Notes: generated from the sequence alone by a model not told the origin. Counted from the stretch's first letter, positions 1 through 9,582 are shown. The stretch: DNA of 64,000 bases from Terrimicrobiaceae bacterium (GCA_044342325.1 JBIIPZ010000011.1:12253-76252), one strand, 5' to 3'. Translations and numbers: made by a program.

Positions 1-175
1 AGTGTCGTTGAGTTTGGGACAGAGCGGCAGCAGGAGGTGATGTGATGTTTTGTGAGCTCCAGCATGATTTCTACAGTCACCAAGTTAGTCCGAGATCAAC
101 CCTACGAGGTCAGCTTTTTCAAATCTTGATACAACCACCAGAGGAAGAAGAGCGCGATGGCCGACCAGATGATGC

Positions 176-877
176 TCAGGATTTTTTCTGACCGTAGGTG
201 GCGGTGGCGCCGTGCTTGCGTAGGAAATGTTTTTCCGAAAGGGCAAGTGCGGGCGGGGCGGCATCGGGGGCCAGCGTCAGGGCGTGGAATGCCATGTCGG
301 CGACGATTTCGAGGGCGAGCGCGTTTTCAACGGCCTTTGCGGCCGAAGGTCCCCAAGCGAAAGGGCCGTGGTTGCGGACCAGCACGGCCGGGATGTCGTT
401 TGGGTTGCTGTTTGCGAAGCGTTCGACAATCACCTTGCCGGTTTCCCATTCATAGGCCGAAGCGATTTCCTCGGGTGTGAGGGCTCGGGTGAGCGGGACG
501 GGTCCCCGGAAATAATCCGCATGCGTCGTGCCGAGCAAAGGAATCTCCCGCGCCGCCTGCGCGAAGGCCACAGCCTTGCGCGAGTGGGTGTGCACGACCG
601 AGCGGATGTCGGAAAATGCCAAAAACAAACACCGGTGCGTGGGAGTGTCGGAGGAAGGGTTGAGTGTGCCTTCCACGACCTTGCCGTCAAAGTCAACGAT
701 CACCATGTCATCCGGCGTGAGAGCGGAGTAATCAACCCCGCTGGGTTTGATGGCCAGCACGCCGGTCTGCCTGTCGCAGACGCTCACATTGCCGAAGGTG
801 AGGTCGACAAGGCCGCTTGTCGGCAGGCTTTTGTTGGCGGCGCAGCATTCTTCGCGGATGTCTGAAAATCGTTGCAT
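176..877 (-). CDS. araD: L-ribulose-5-phosphate 4-epimerase (class II aldolase/epimerase family)
   Basis: 233 aa; TFGNVS, IKPSGV, PSSDTPTH, HTHS, GTTHADYF and NHGPF motifs typical of AraD. Confidence 0.9.
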   Translation of the reverse strand: MQRFSDIREECCAANKSLPTSGLVDLTFGNVSVCDRQTGVLAIKPSGVDYSALTPDDMVIVDFDGKVVEGTLNPSSDTPTHRCLFLAFSDIRSVVHTHSRKAVAFAQAAREIPLLGTTHADYFRGPVPLTRALTPEEIASAYEWETGKVIVERFANSNPNDIPAVLVRNHGPFAWGPSAAKAVENALALEIVADMAFHALTLAPDAAPPALALSEKHFLRKHGATATYGQKKS

Positions 878-888
878 GGAGTTTGATT

Positions 889-1932
889 TTACAGGCCCAG
901 CAAGCGCACGGCGTTTTGATGGAGGATCTTGGCGGCGATGTCCTCGGGCAGGCCGAGACCGTGGATTTCAAATGGCGCGATGATGCGTTTGAAGGGCGGC
1001 GATGTTTGGATTTTCGACGAGGTGATGAAATCGATGTTGGAGATGTTGAATGCTGCGGTCGTCTCGATGTAGCGCTCCCTCGGGTCGGCGCCATTGAGCG
1101 GAATTTCGCCCGGTTGATAGAGAATCTGAGCCTGCTGGCCGGTCGGGACATTGGTGTCGTCAAAGATCACATCGGTGCCGAAAAAAATGCGGTCGGCGTA
1201 GGTCGTGAAAAACTCGCGCGTGTGGGCGGCGCGGCGGGCGCTGCGGGCGAGTTCCGGGACGCGTGCCGAGAAATCATAGACGATGTTCGGGTGCGCATCG
1301 AGGTCCTCGGCGGCGCAGTCAAGGGAGTAGGCTTTTTCGGCGCAATGCGGGAAAATGAAGGTCGTGCTGCGATGGCGCGCCACCATTGCAATGCGGTCGC
1401 CGAGCAACTCGTTGGCTGAAGGCTGACCCGTGTTGTAATAGGTCCACCAGGCGTATTCGCCGTAGAGGACGCCATTCCAGAAATTGAATTCATTCACCGG
1501 TTCCCAAAAGTTTGGCGGGTCGGCGCTGTGGATGAGCACCGGGATTCCCAATTCCCCGGCTTTCGCCCAGATGGGATCGAGTTCCGAATCGCTTGGGCGC
1601 CAGTAGCGGCCATCGGGGCGGCGGTAGCCGAGGCCAAGAGCCTTGAAAACCTTCAGCCCGCGCATGCCTGCGGCATAATCGCGTTCCATCTGCGCTGCGG
1701 CGGTCTTGCCGAAATCTGGCTCATTGATGCGGCTGAAGTCGACATTGCCAAAGGTGATGAAGCGCCCCGGGTATTTTGCAAAAGCATCGATGTGGCGTTG
1801 CAGTCCCTCACCGAAGCCATCATGCCACGCCAGCACGACGGAGAGTTCGATCCCGCTGCGGTCCATCGCCGCGACGGCGAGGTCGGCATAGTGCGGGAAC
1901 ACATGGGTGTGAATGTCGATGACGCGTGGCAT
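889..1932 (-). CDS. Amidohydrolase family protein (Amidohydro_2, possible sugar lactonase)
   Basis: Start trimmed to MPRVIDIHTH (HxH metal motif); PVLIH, FPH and FGTD motifs of the amidohydrolase TIM barrel. Confidence 0.8.
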   Translation of the reverse strand: MPRVIDIHTHVFPHYADLAVAAMDRSGIELSVVLAWHDGFGEGLQRHIDAFAKYPGRFITFGNVDFSRINEPDFGKTAAAQMERDYAAGMRGLKVFKALGLGYRRPDGRYWRPSDSELDPIWAKAGELGIPVLIHSADPPNFWEPVNEFNFWNGVLYGEYAWWTYYNTGQPSANELLGDRIAMVARHRSTTFIFPHCAEKAYSLDCAAEDLDAHPNIVYDFSARVPELARSARRAAHTREFFTTYADRIFFGTDVIFDDTNVPTGQQAQILYQPGEIPLNGADPRERYIETTAAFNISNIDFITSSKIQTSPPFKRIIAPFEIHGLGLPEDIAAKILHQNAVRLLGL

Positions 1933-1936
1933 GGAT

Positions 1937-2248
1937 TCAGTAGTTGAGGTTTTCGTAGAACTCGATTTTGACGGATTTGAAAAATTCCGACTGTTTGGCG
2001 AAGAGTTCCTCGTGCGTGTCGTCGGCGGCAAAGGCATCGAGCGCCTTGCGGGCCTCGTCGAGGCTGGCGAACTCGCCTTGCCACACGAGCGTGTTGCAGG
2101 GCTCGCTGCTGGAGATAGGCTTCATGCGTTTACCTTGCGGAAGGTCGGGGCGGGAATGTTCGAGGGCGGCGAAGCGGCGTTCGAGTTCAAGGAATTCCTT
2201 TTCCTTACGGACATCGAACTGCTGGAGGATGCGCATGGTGACAGACAT
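1937..2248 (-). CDS. Small hypothetical protein, probable dimeric alpha/beta barrel
   Basis: 103 aa ORF tightly packed in the operon; sequence pattern suggests a NIPSNAP/ABM-like fold. Confidence 0.65.
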   Translation of the reverse strand: MSVTMRILQQFDVRKEKEFLELERRFAALEHSRPDLPQGKRMKPISSSEPCNTLVWQGEFASLDEARKALDAFAADDTHEELFAKQSEFFKSVKIEFYENLNY

Positions 2249-2263
2249 GGTGGTGTGTTGGGT

Positions 2264-3283
2264 TTATTGGAGAAATTGTTGAACGGCGGCAGGCACGCTG
2301 AGGCCGTGGCTGGCAGCAAAGTCGCGCAACGCGTGGCGATCGATATCCGGGTGGATCGTGTGGGCGCTGGTGACCGACATGGCTCCGGCGAGAATGCCGA
2401 TCCATTGCGCATCGGCGAGGGCAAGTCCTGCGGCGAGACCCGCGAGAATGCCGGAGAAGTGAGCGTCGCCCGCGCCAGCGGCACTTTGGACCTCGACCTT
2501 CGGCGTGGTGATGAAATGGAGGGCACAACCATCGAAAGTCCAACTGCCCGTTGCTCCGGCGGTGATCGAGAGTTTCAGTTGCGGGAATTGAGGCCCGAGA
2601 CGGGAGGCGATTTTTTCAACGATGGTCGCAGGATCCCCTTAGGCACTGGTTTGCGCGAGGCTGGCGGCTTCATCGAGATTGATGGCCAGGAGGTCCACCC
2701 GCGAGAGCAGCGAGGACTCGCGCACCGTCGACATTTCTTCGGAGGAAAACGACGACGCCCGCAGGAAGCCATGTTGATGCGCGAGGTCGAGAAGTTCCAG
2801 ACGCGCGGCGAGCGGAACCTCCGGCACTGCCAGCGCGATGCCTCGCCCGGCGTATTGGGCAAAGTGCGGCGCGGCTTTTTGAATATCCGCCGGAGTCACG
2901 CGTCCGCTGGCGGAGTCGGTGACGGTGAGATTCCCGCCCGAGCCATCGGGATAGAGGAGGCAAATGCAATCGAGCGTTTGCTCGCCGGGCATGATGGCGG
3001 CGTGCGAGACATCGAGGCCCTCGGCGCGCATTTCCTCCACCAGCCTGCGTCCGGCGGCATCATCCCCTACTCTGCCCACCGGCAGGGTTTTGAAATCCCC
3101 GCCCACCAGGCGTTGCACATAATGGCTGATGATATGCAGCTTGCAGTAGTCGCGGCGGTCGAGAAATTGCCCTCCCCGACTCTCCTCGCGGCCGAGCGTG
3201 TGGTTTCCACTCAACGCGAAAAATGTTCCGGTGCCGATACCTCCGGTGCCGATCATGGCATCGTATTTTCGAGTTGGGTTCAT
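2264..3283 (-). pseudogene. PfkB-family carbohydrate kinase interrupted by an in-frame TAA (2639-2641)
   Basis: N-half has GRVGDDAAG and NLDEA; the same frame continues past TAA for 124 codons with SAAGAGDAHFSG (PfkB signature 2) and ends at TAA 2264-2266. Confidence 0.85.
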
Positions 3284-3297
3284 GGTGCCCGTATCGA

Positions 3298-4188
3298 TTA
3301 AAGTCCCAAGTCCCACTCGGGATGGATGCTCACGGGATGTGTGGCGGTTTCCAAAGTGGCCGTGACGAGGGCGTCGGGATGCTCTTGCAACAGGGTCATC
3401 GGATACTCCGGCGTCGGTTCACTGAAGAGGGCCACGCGCAGCGCGGTTTGTTTCCAAGCCCCGGTGTCGCTGAAGAGACGCACTTTTTTTGCCGAGAGGC
3501 ATTCCTTGAGGCCAAGGGTCACGCTCATCGGCGGCACAAACTGGTAGGCGCAGCCGAAGGTGCGCTGGGCGAGCGCGATGATAGTATCGAGGTTATTGTC
3601 CTGAACACGCACGCTGCAATTGCGAAGGTCGTCGAGCGAAAGCGAACTGAAGGGATGACGCCGCGCCTGGTTGTAGGCGATGTGGCCGTCCTGCCCCCAA
3701 CCGCCGTAGGTGATGTCGATCGGCGCACGGGCGATCTCATCGGCGATTTGCTGAAAGTTCGTCGCATTCGGCCACCAGCGGTTTTCCTCGGGCGTGAGCA
3801 AGGCGGGCTGGATCGGCCCGTAGAACTCGCGCTCCATGAATCCGCGAAAACTGTAGGGATGATTGCGCGGCAACTCGCGGCCCTGCCAGTCGAGGCATTC
3901 GTCCATGTGGAACACCGTGACATTGCGCAGGCTGATCTGCTCGCGGTTCACGACTTCGGCAAAAGGCTTATACCAGCAGGCCGGACCACAGGGAATGATC
4001 GCGCGGGTCGGCAGGTTTTTTGCGTTGTTGCCCGCGATGAGGTCCGCAAGCTCGCGGGCCATGAGGGCACCCATCGCCGCCGAATCGGCAGCAATGCGGA
4101 AAGGCACTTTGCGGGCCGCATGTTTTTCAAGTTCGCTGGCTGGAATGCGGCACCAGCCGTGGAGTTGTTTGGCAGTGACGGTGTTCAT
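3298..4188 (-). CDS. Glucosamine-6-phosphate deaminase/isomerase-like protein (NagB/RpiA superfamily)
   Basis: 296 aa; FHMDE, GWGQDGHIAYN and PMTLLQEHP motifs resemble NagB. Confidence 0.8.
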   Translation of the reverse strand: MNTVTAKQLHGWCRIPASELEKHAARKVPFRIAADSAAMGALMARELADLIAGNNAKNLPTRAIIPCGPACWYKPFAEVVNREQISLRNVTVFHMDECLDWQGRELPRNHPYSFRGFMEREFYGPIQPALLTPEENRWWPNATNFQQIADEIARAPIDITYGGWGQDGHIAYNQARRHPFSSLSLDDLRNCSVRVQDNNLDTIIALAQRTFGCAYQFVPPMSVTLGLKECLSAKKVRLFSDTGAWKQTALRVALFSEPTPEYPMTLLQEHPDALVTATLETATHPVSIHPEWDLGL

Positions 4189-4277
4189 TAATAACGAGGT
4201 TTTTTAGACAGAATTTATAGAATTAACGGGAACGGACGCGGCACCTGTGAAGAATCTTGCGATTATCATCCTTGACG
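4186..4277. repeat. ~90-bp imperfect direct repeat, copy 1 (pairs with 5010-5099)
   Basis: cat.aataacg..gttttt.gacagaattta.ag.attaacgg.aacggacgcgg...tcatccttg.cg shared with copy 2. Confidence 0.85.
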
Positions 4278-5012
4278 AAAATCGGGGCCTGAAATTCTTG
4301 CCGAGCGCCAGTCGATTTCCGAGAGCTTGGCAAACCAGCTCGCGGCCAGACGGCGGGTGCCCGCCTCGGTGAGGTGGACGCCATCCTCGACATGCGTGTC
4401 CGGCGTTTGACCGGCAGGAGTGTGATCGGCATACGCACAAGCGAAGCCCTCCGCTGCCCGGCGGGTAGCGGCTTCGCGGAGGAGCGCATTGTAGGCATTC
4501 ACCCGATCCGTGATGTCATCCGGAACCAAAGTTCCCCAGGGCTTCAAACCTGGCAGAATCGGCATGATGCCACCGACCAACAAGGCAGGCTTCGTCGCGG
4601 ATTGAAGGATGAGGTCCATCAGTTCCTCGGTGAGTGTTGCACAAGCCGAAGGATCGCCCAGATACATGTCATTGGTGCCGATGAGCAACAAGACAAGGTC
4701 CGGACGATGACGCTCGAGCGTTTCCGGCAAAGGGCTGTTTTCGGAGTTCTCCGTTTTGGCTCCATCGCGGATCATTTGAATTCGGAATCCGGAGTGCCCT
4801 TCGTGAAACGGTTGCTGCATGCCCTCGGAATTGAGCTGCGAACCACCGACAAACAAAAACTCCCAACCCGCATCGCGCAGATGCGCCTGCAGCGGCCTGC
4901 GATAACCACCGGGGAAGCCCCCTCCATTGGTGATCGAGTCGCCGATGCAGAGGATGCGCACGGGAGCTTGGTCGGGTGTGGCGGATGCGGACATGAGATG
5001 AGATGCAGACAT
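4266..5012 (-). CDS. SGNH/GDSL hydrolase (carbohydrate esterase-like)
   Basis: GDSIT block I, HEGHSG block II, GTND block III, DGVH block V. Confidence 0.9.
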   Translation of the reverse strand: MSASHLMSASATPDQAPVRILCIGDSITNGGGFPGGYRRPLQAHLRDAGWEFLFVGGSQLNSEGMQQPFHEGHSGFRIQMIRDGAKTENSENSPLPETLERHRPDLVLLLIGTNDMYLGDPSACATLTEELMDLILQSATKPALLVGGIMPILPGLKPWGTLVPDDITDRVNAYNALLREAATRRAAEGFACAYADHTPAGQTPDTHVEDGVHLTEAGTRRLAASWFAKLSEIDWRSARISGPDFRQG

Positions 5013-5099
5013 GAATAACGGGTTTTTGGACAGAATTTACAGGATTAACGGCAACGGACGCGGGAACAGCAAGCGATCTCGCGCTTGTCATCCTTGCCG
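5010..5099. repeat. ~90-bp imperfect direct repeat, copy 2
   Basis: Aligns with 4186-4277. Confidence 0.85.
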
Positions 5100-5134
5100 C
5101 CGAGCAGTGAGTTAAAGTTTATGGAAATAGACTA

Positions 5135-6094
5135 TCAACCCTTCGGGTAATTCACGGGATTGAGTGGCGGGCGGCCTTGCAGGACTTCGGCGACATTGCG
5201 GGCGCAGGTTAGGCGCGCTTGCTTGCGGCTTTCGACCGTGCCGCCGCCGATGTGCGGACTGAAGACGACATTTTTTTGTGCAAGGAGACCGGGATGAATT
5301 TGCGGCTCGTTCTCGGCGACATCCATGCCGGCGCCGCCGAGATGGCCGCTGGCCAGGGCCGCAGCGAGCGCGTTTTCATCGATCACCGGACCGCGTGCCA
5401 TGTTGAGCACGAACGCTCCGCGTTTCATAAGAGCGATGCTTTGCGCATTGAGAAGGTGACGCGTTGCGGGCACCAAGGGGCAATTCAGGCTCACCACATC
5501 GGATTCGGCGAGCAAGGCCTCGAGCGTGCGATAGCGGGGATCATTTTGTCCGCTGGTGTTGTGGAAAATGACGCGCATGCCGAAAGCTTCGGCGCGCTTG
5601 GCCACTCCACGGCCGATTTGGCCGAAGCCAACGATGCCGATGGTTTTGCCGCCGAGAAGCATGCCATCCCACGGACCGGGTTGGAATCCATCCTTGGCCC
5701 ATTGGCCTGAGCGCACATAGGCATCGGCTTCGGGCACACGGCGGGCGACTGCGAGCAGCAGCGCGATGGTATGATCGGCTGCTGGCTCGCTGAAGGGATC
5801 GGGGCAGTTGCTGGCCCAAACCCCCGCTTCATCGAGTGCGGCGATGTCGAGGTTGTTGTAGCCGATGGCCACATTCGCAACGATGCGCAGCTTCGGTGCT
5901 GCAGCGAGGAGTTCCCGGTTCACCGCGAGTTCGTGCTGGTTGATGATGCCGACAAGCTCGGGCGCGAGGGCGAGAACCTCCTCGCGAGTGCACATCGGCC
6001 CACCGGAGGGGCCTTTGATGATTTCCGCCAACCCGAGCAACGGCTCCAGATGGTCGTCGGGGACATGGTTTGTGATGAGAACCTTTGGTTTCAT
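5135..6094 (-). CDS. D-isomer-specific 2-hydroxyacid dehydrogenase (glyoxylate/hydroxypyruvate reductase-like)
   Basis: GFGQIG Rossmann motif, NMARG, DVAENEP, SPHIGG. Confidence 0.9.
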   Translation of the reverse strand: MKPKVLITNHVPDDHLEPLLGLAEIIKGPSGGPMCTREEVLALAPELVGIINQHELAVNRELLAAAPKLRIVANVAIGYNNLDIAALDEAGVWASNCPDPFSEPAADHTIALLLAVARRVPEADAYVRSGQWAKDGFQPGPWDGMLLGGKTIGIVGFGQIGRGVAKRAEAFGMRVIFHNTSGQNDPRYRTLEALLAESDVVSLNCPLVPATRHLLNAQSIALMKRGAFVLNMARGPVIDENALAAALASGHLGGAGMDVAENEPQIHPGLLAQKNVVFSPHIGGGTVESRKQARLTCARNVAEVLQGRPPLNPVNYPKG

Positions 6095-6108
6095 GGCTGG
6101 ATGAGAAA

Positions 6109-6969
6109 TCAGGCGCGTTGTTCGAGGATTTTTCGCTGCCCACGCACGGCAAGGATTGCAGCTTCATGATCCGAGATGATGTGGCTTCGTGCATCAAGAC
6201 CCAGCGCGCGGAAGGCGATTCGATAAGGATTGGCGATCGCACCGGCGGCAGCCAAGACCAGAGGAACATCTTTCGGCAGCGCCGAGAGTTCGGAACCTAT
6301 GAGCAGACCGCTGAGAAATGAGCTATTCGACTCCGGGCATTTTCCATGGAGCAGGGCGCGGGTGCGCACCTTGAAAAGCGAAGAGGTCAGCGAGCCATGA
6401 GTTGACTCATTGATGCCCTCTAGAAAAGCCGCCTCGTCCCAACCGGGAGCCATCGATTGACGAAGAATCCCATGCGCGCTGAGGAGGGCGTGGAGTTCGC
6501 CGCTCATGAATGTGCGAAAGGCGACCATAGCGCCGTTTTTCAAAACACAGTGCTTGGAATGCGTGCCGGGAAGAATCACCACCGCATCCTCCCGCCCGAC
6601 CTCCAGGCCAAGAAGTTCGGTCTCCTCGCCACGCATGACATCGTCCTCCGAACGGACGCCTGAGATTAAAAAAATGCCCGACTCGATCTCGTCCACTACG
6701 GCAGCGCTTCCATCCAAGAGGAACGGGAGACGCGCATACGGCAATTCCTTCCAACCGATGCTTGAGCCGGCCATGCCGGAAATCACGACCGGGCCAGTGG
6801 CTCCGAGGGAATCCATCGCCGCGCCAAGAGCCATACGAAATTCCTGCGGGGATTTCAGGGTGCCGGCTCCTTGAGGCGTGCGAACTTCCTTCACGACGGA
6901 ATCGCCACGGACTATTCGGACACGCAGATTTGTCGTGCCCCAATCGCAACTGGTGAAGTCAGGCGTCAT
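6109..6969 (-). CDS. dgoK: 2-dehydro-3-deoxygalactonokinase
   Basis: DWGTTNLR, SGMAGSSIGW, DVMRGEET, PGTHSKH, SGLLIG motifs. Confidence 0.9.
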   Translation of the reverse strand: MTPDFTSCDWGTTNLRVRIVRGDSVVKEVRTPQGAGTLKSPQEFRMALGAAMDSLGATGPVVISGMAGSSIGWKELPYARLPFLLDGSAAVVDEIESGIFLISGVRSEDDVMRGEETELLGLEVGREDAVVILPGTHSKHCVLKNGAMVAFRTFMSGELHALLSAHGILRQSMAPGWDEAAFLEGINESTHGSLTSSLFKVRTRALLHGKCPESNSSFLSGLLIGSELSALPKDVPLVLAAAGAIANPYRIAFRALGLDARSHIISDHEAAILAVRGQRKILEQRA

Positions 6970-7415
6970 ACAGCAACCTTCACCACGATTTTCGTGAAAG
7001 GCTGGCCTTCGTTGGCTGTGGGAGCATGGACATCAGTGGGGAAAAAGACCGTGAATTGTCCCTGTCGAACATTCAGCCAACAGGCCGGGCGGTCCTTGTA
7101 AAACTCCACCTCCTTTTTTTCATCGTAGCCGAGTGGAGCGCGGCTCTCGGCGAGCGGCATCCAGCCCATGAGGTCCTCGCCTTCGACGATGTATTGAATG
7201 TCGATGTAGCGGCGATGCGTCTCCATGCGGGCATCCTCTCTCGGTTTGCCGAGACCTTTCATCACGACGGCAAAAAGAGACTCGCCCTGGATTTCAATTT
7301 TCCTTTCGGGCAATTCGCTGCGCGCCGCCAACTCGCGCAGATGCGAAAAGGCGACTGGGAAAAGCGGGTGCAGGCCCTCGTAGGCTGCGGAATGATTGAG
7401 TGAATCGAGAATCAT
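6966..7415 (-). CDS. YhcH/YjgK/YiaL (DUF386) family protein
   Basis: MILDSL start, ETHRRYIDIQY, FFPTDVHAP, KIVVKV. Confidence 0.9.
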   Translation of the reverse strand: MILDSLNHSAAYEGLHPLFPVAFSHLRELAARSELPERKIEIQGESLFAVVMKGLGKPREDARMETHRRYIDIQYIVEGEDLMGWMPLAESRAPLGYDEKKEVEFYKDRPACWLNVRQGQFTVFFPTDVHAPTANEGQPFTKIVVKVAV

Positions 7416-7437
7416 AGTTTTTGAGTGGTTGATTAGA

Positions 7438-8556
7438 TCACCATTCCGTCACGGATCCATCCTTACGAGTGAATTGTGGCGTCTCCCAGAGACCGTCGAA
7501 GACAAGTTTCGCAAGCTTCTCCTCGTCGATCTCGACTCCGAGTCCGGGTTTGTCGGGGATCAAGGCGTAGCCGTTCTCGACTTGGATCGGTTCCTTGAGA
7601 ATCCCCTCGCCCAGCGTGAGGTGCTCCTGGCAGAGGAAATTCGGTGTGCAGGCATCGAGTTGCAGGCATGAGGCCAAAGCCACTGGTCCAAGCGGGCAAT
7701 GCGGCGCGATCACGATGTCGTGAATCTCCGCCATCGCAGCAATTTTGCGCGCCTCGAAGATGCCGCCGACATGCGAGAGGTCAGGCTGAATGATCGACAC
7801 CGATTGGCTGTGCAGCAGATCGCTGAAGTCCCAGCGCGTGAACAGACGCTCGCCGGCAGCAATCGGAATGGTCGTGCTCTCCTTGATTTCCCGCATCGCC
7901 CGAGGATTGATCGGTAGCACGGGTTCCTCGATGAACATCGGGCGAAACGGCTCAAGCGCGCGGCAAAGCTGCTTTGCCACCGCCGGAGTGCAGCGTCCGT
8001 GAAAATCGAGCGCCATGTCGATGTCATTGCCCAGCGTCTTGCGAAGATTCGCCACAGTCTCGACAACCTCGTCGATGAAACGCGGTGTCTCGATCGGCTC
8101 GCAGGCAGACACGGGCACGAATTTGTAGGCCGTAAAATCCCGGTCGCCCACAGCTTTGGCCACCTCGGAAACATAGTCACCAGTGCCCGCGATGTTGAGC
8201 CAGCCGTAGAGGCGAATCCTGTCGCGCACGCAACCACCAAGCATCTCGTGCACAGGCAATCCCGCCGCCTTGCCCTTGATGTCCCAAAGCGCCTGCTCGA
8301 TGCCCGAAAGAGCCGATGTCATGATCGGCCCGCCGCGATAAAAACCACCTCGATAGCATCGCTGCCAAAGGTGCTCGATGCGCGTCGGATCCTCGCCGAT
8401 GAGGATACGGCCAAGTTCGTGCACCGCCGTCTCCACAGTGAGAGCTCGTCCCTCAAGCACCGGCTCACCCCAGCCGACTATGCCGGCATCGGTGTGAATT
8501 TTCAGAAACAACCAACGCGGCCGGATGTGGAAGGTCTCGAACTTGGTGATTTTCAT
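7438..8556 (-). CDS. dgoD: Galactonate dehydratase (enolase superfamily)
   Basis: PRWLFLKI, GWGEPVLEG, FYRGGP, DFHGR, FIEEP, GERL, QPDLSH, PHCPLGP. Confidence 0.9.
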   Translation of the reverse strand: MKITKFETFHIRPRWLFLKIHTDAGIVGWGEPVLEGRALTVETAVHELGRILIGEDPTRIEHLWQRCYRGGFYRGGPIMTSALSGIEQALWDIKGKAAGLPVHEMLGGCVRDRIRLYGWLNIAGTGDYVSEVAKAVGDRDFTAYKFVPVSACEPIETPRFIDEVVETVANLRKTLGNDIDMALDFHGRCTPAVAKQLCRALEPFRPMFIEEPVLPINPRAMREIKESTTIPIAAGERLFTRWDFSDLLHSQSVSIIQPDLSHVGGIFEARKIAAMAEIHDIVIAPHCPLGPVALASCLQLDACTPNFLCQEHLTLGEGILKEPIQVENGYALIPDKPGLGVEIDEEKLAKLVFDGLWETPQFTRKDGSVTEW

Positions 8557-9575
8557 CGCACATTCAAGCGATCGAGATTGGCACGGAGGCGTTGCAAGGC
8601 TCCTACATATTTCTGTGGGATAAGGCCATGCTTGTCGGGGCCGACATCGAGGAGGAGGTTCGTGCCGCGGCTAATGCACAGCAGATACATTCCAAGGAGT
8701 TCTTCGTCGCTGCGGGGCTGATCTTCCTCGGTGAAGAACCACTCGCGGCCGATGGGATCGCAGACCTCGCCTGGCATGTAATACTTTTTGCCCTCGATCT
8801 CGCGCCATTTAACATGGCCGGTGTGGCTGTTGGGAAGGAAGCGTTCGATAGCGATGATATCTGCCGGCCATGCGTCAAAGCCGACACAAGGCACCCCGTA
8901 TTGGTTGATCACGGGATAGTTTGAGCCATCGCCGATGCCATTGTTGTTCATGACAACCGTTTCGGGCTGCCATGTGGTGATATTGCGGTAAAGCTCCTCG
9001 CGATAGCAGCGCGGCAGCATGCCGGGAATATCGATCCACACCTCGGCGACTTTACCGTAACCGGTAAGCAGTTCCTCGAGCTGCGCGGTCTGAAAATCCT
9101 GATACGCGCGGGTGGTGAAGGCGTGCAAATTTCCGGGCTTCTTGTCTGCCGTCATGTCCGAATAAGTGCGGGAGCCGAAGCGGTTGTGATTGTCCCACGA
9201 GCAGTAATAGAAGCCGGGCAGCACGCCGCGTTTTTCGCAGGCATTCACAAATGCCTCGACGACATCGGTTTTGTTGCTGCTGGTTCCGACATGGTAGTCA
9301 TTGTGCTTGGTCGGCCAGAGGCAGTGACCGGCGACATGCTTGGTGGTGAGCACGGCATACTTCATTCCGGCGTCGCGCGCCACGGAGACCCACTGGTCCA
9401 CATCGAGCTTGTCGGGCGCGTAGAGAGTGGAGGGATGGCTGCCATCGGGCAGTTCCGATCCAGTGTAGGTGCTCATGCCGTAGTGGATGAACATGCCGTA
9501 TTTGAGGGCTTCCCATTCCTGGAGTTGCTCGAGGCTCAGGCGCTGGGCTCCGCGTTCGTTGGTCGTGGTTCCCAT
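8553..9575 (-). CDS. Alpha-L-fucosidase-like glycoside hydrolase (GH29)
   Basis: KYGMFIHYG, LTTKHVAG, LWPT, EVWID nucleophile region, NLLLDVGPDKHG; start trimmed to MGTTT; no obvious signal peptide. Confidence 0.85.
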   Translation of the reverse strand: MGTTTNERGAQRLSLEQLQEWEALKYGMFIHYGMSTYTGSELPDGSHPSTLYAPDKLDVDQWVSVARDAGMKYAVLTTKHVAGHCLWPTKHNDYHVGTSSNKTDVVEAFVNACEKRGVLPGFYYCSWDNHNRFGSRTYSDMTADKKPGNLHAFTTRAYQDFQTAQLEELLTGYGKVAEVWIDIPGMLPRCYREELYRNITTWQPETVVMNNNGIGDGSNYPVINQYGVPCVGFDAWPADIIAIERFLPNSHTGHVKWREIEGKKYYMPGEVCDPIGREWFFTEEDQPRSDEELLGMYLLCISRGTNLLLDVGPDKHGLIPQKYVGALQRLRANLDRLNVR

Positions 9576-9582
9576 GAGATCC

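Noticed and set aside
2639..2641. Stop-codon reassignment or programmed readthrough in the PfkB gene
   Set aside because: TAA terminates many intact genes here (atpE, atpA, atpG, yebC); a single lesion is better explained by mutation or error
1913..3301. 462-aa plus-strand ORF and other long antisense ORFs (e.g. 10864-12186, 16673-18100, 18331-19305)
   Set aside because: Shadow frames opposite well-supported genes in GC-rich DNA; no recognisable motifs
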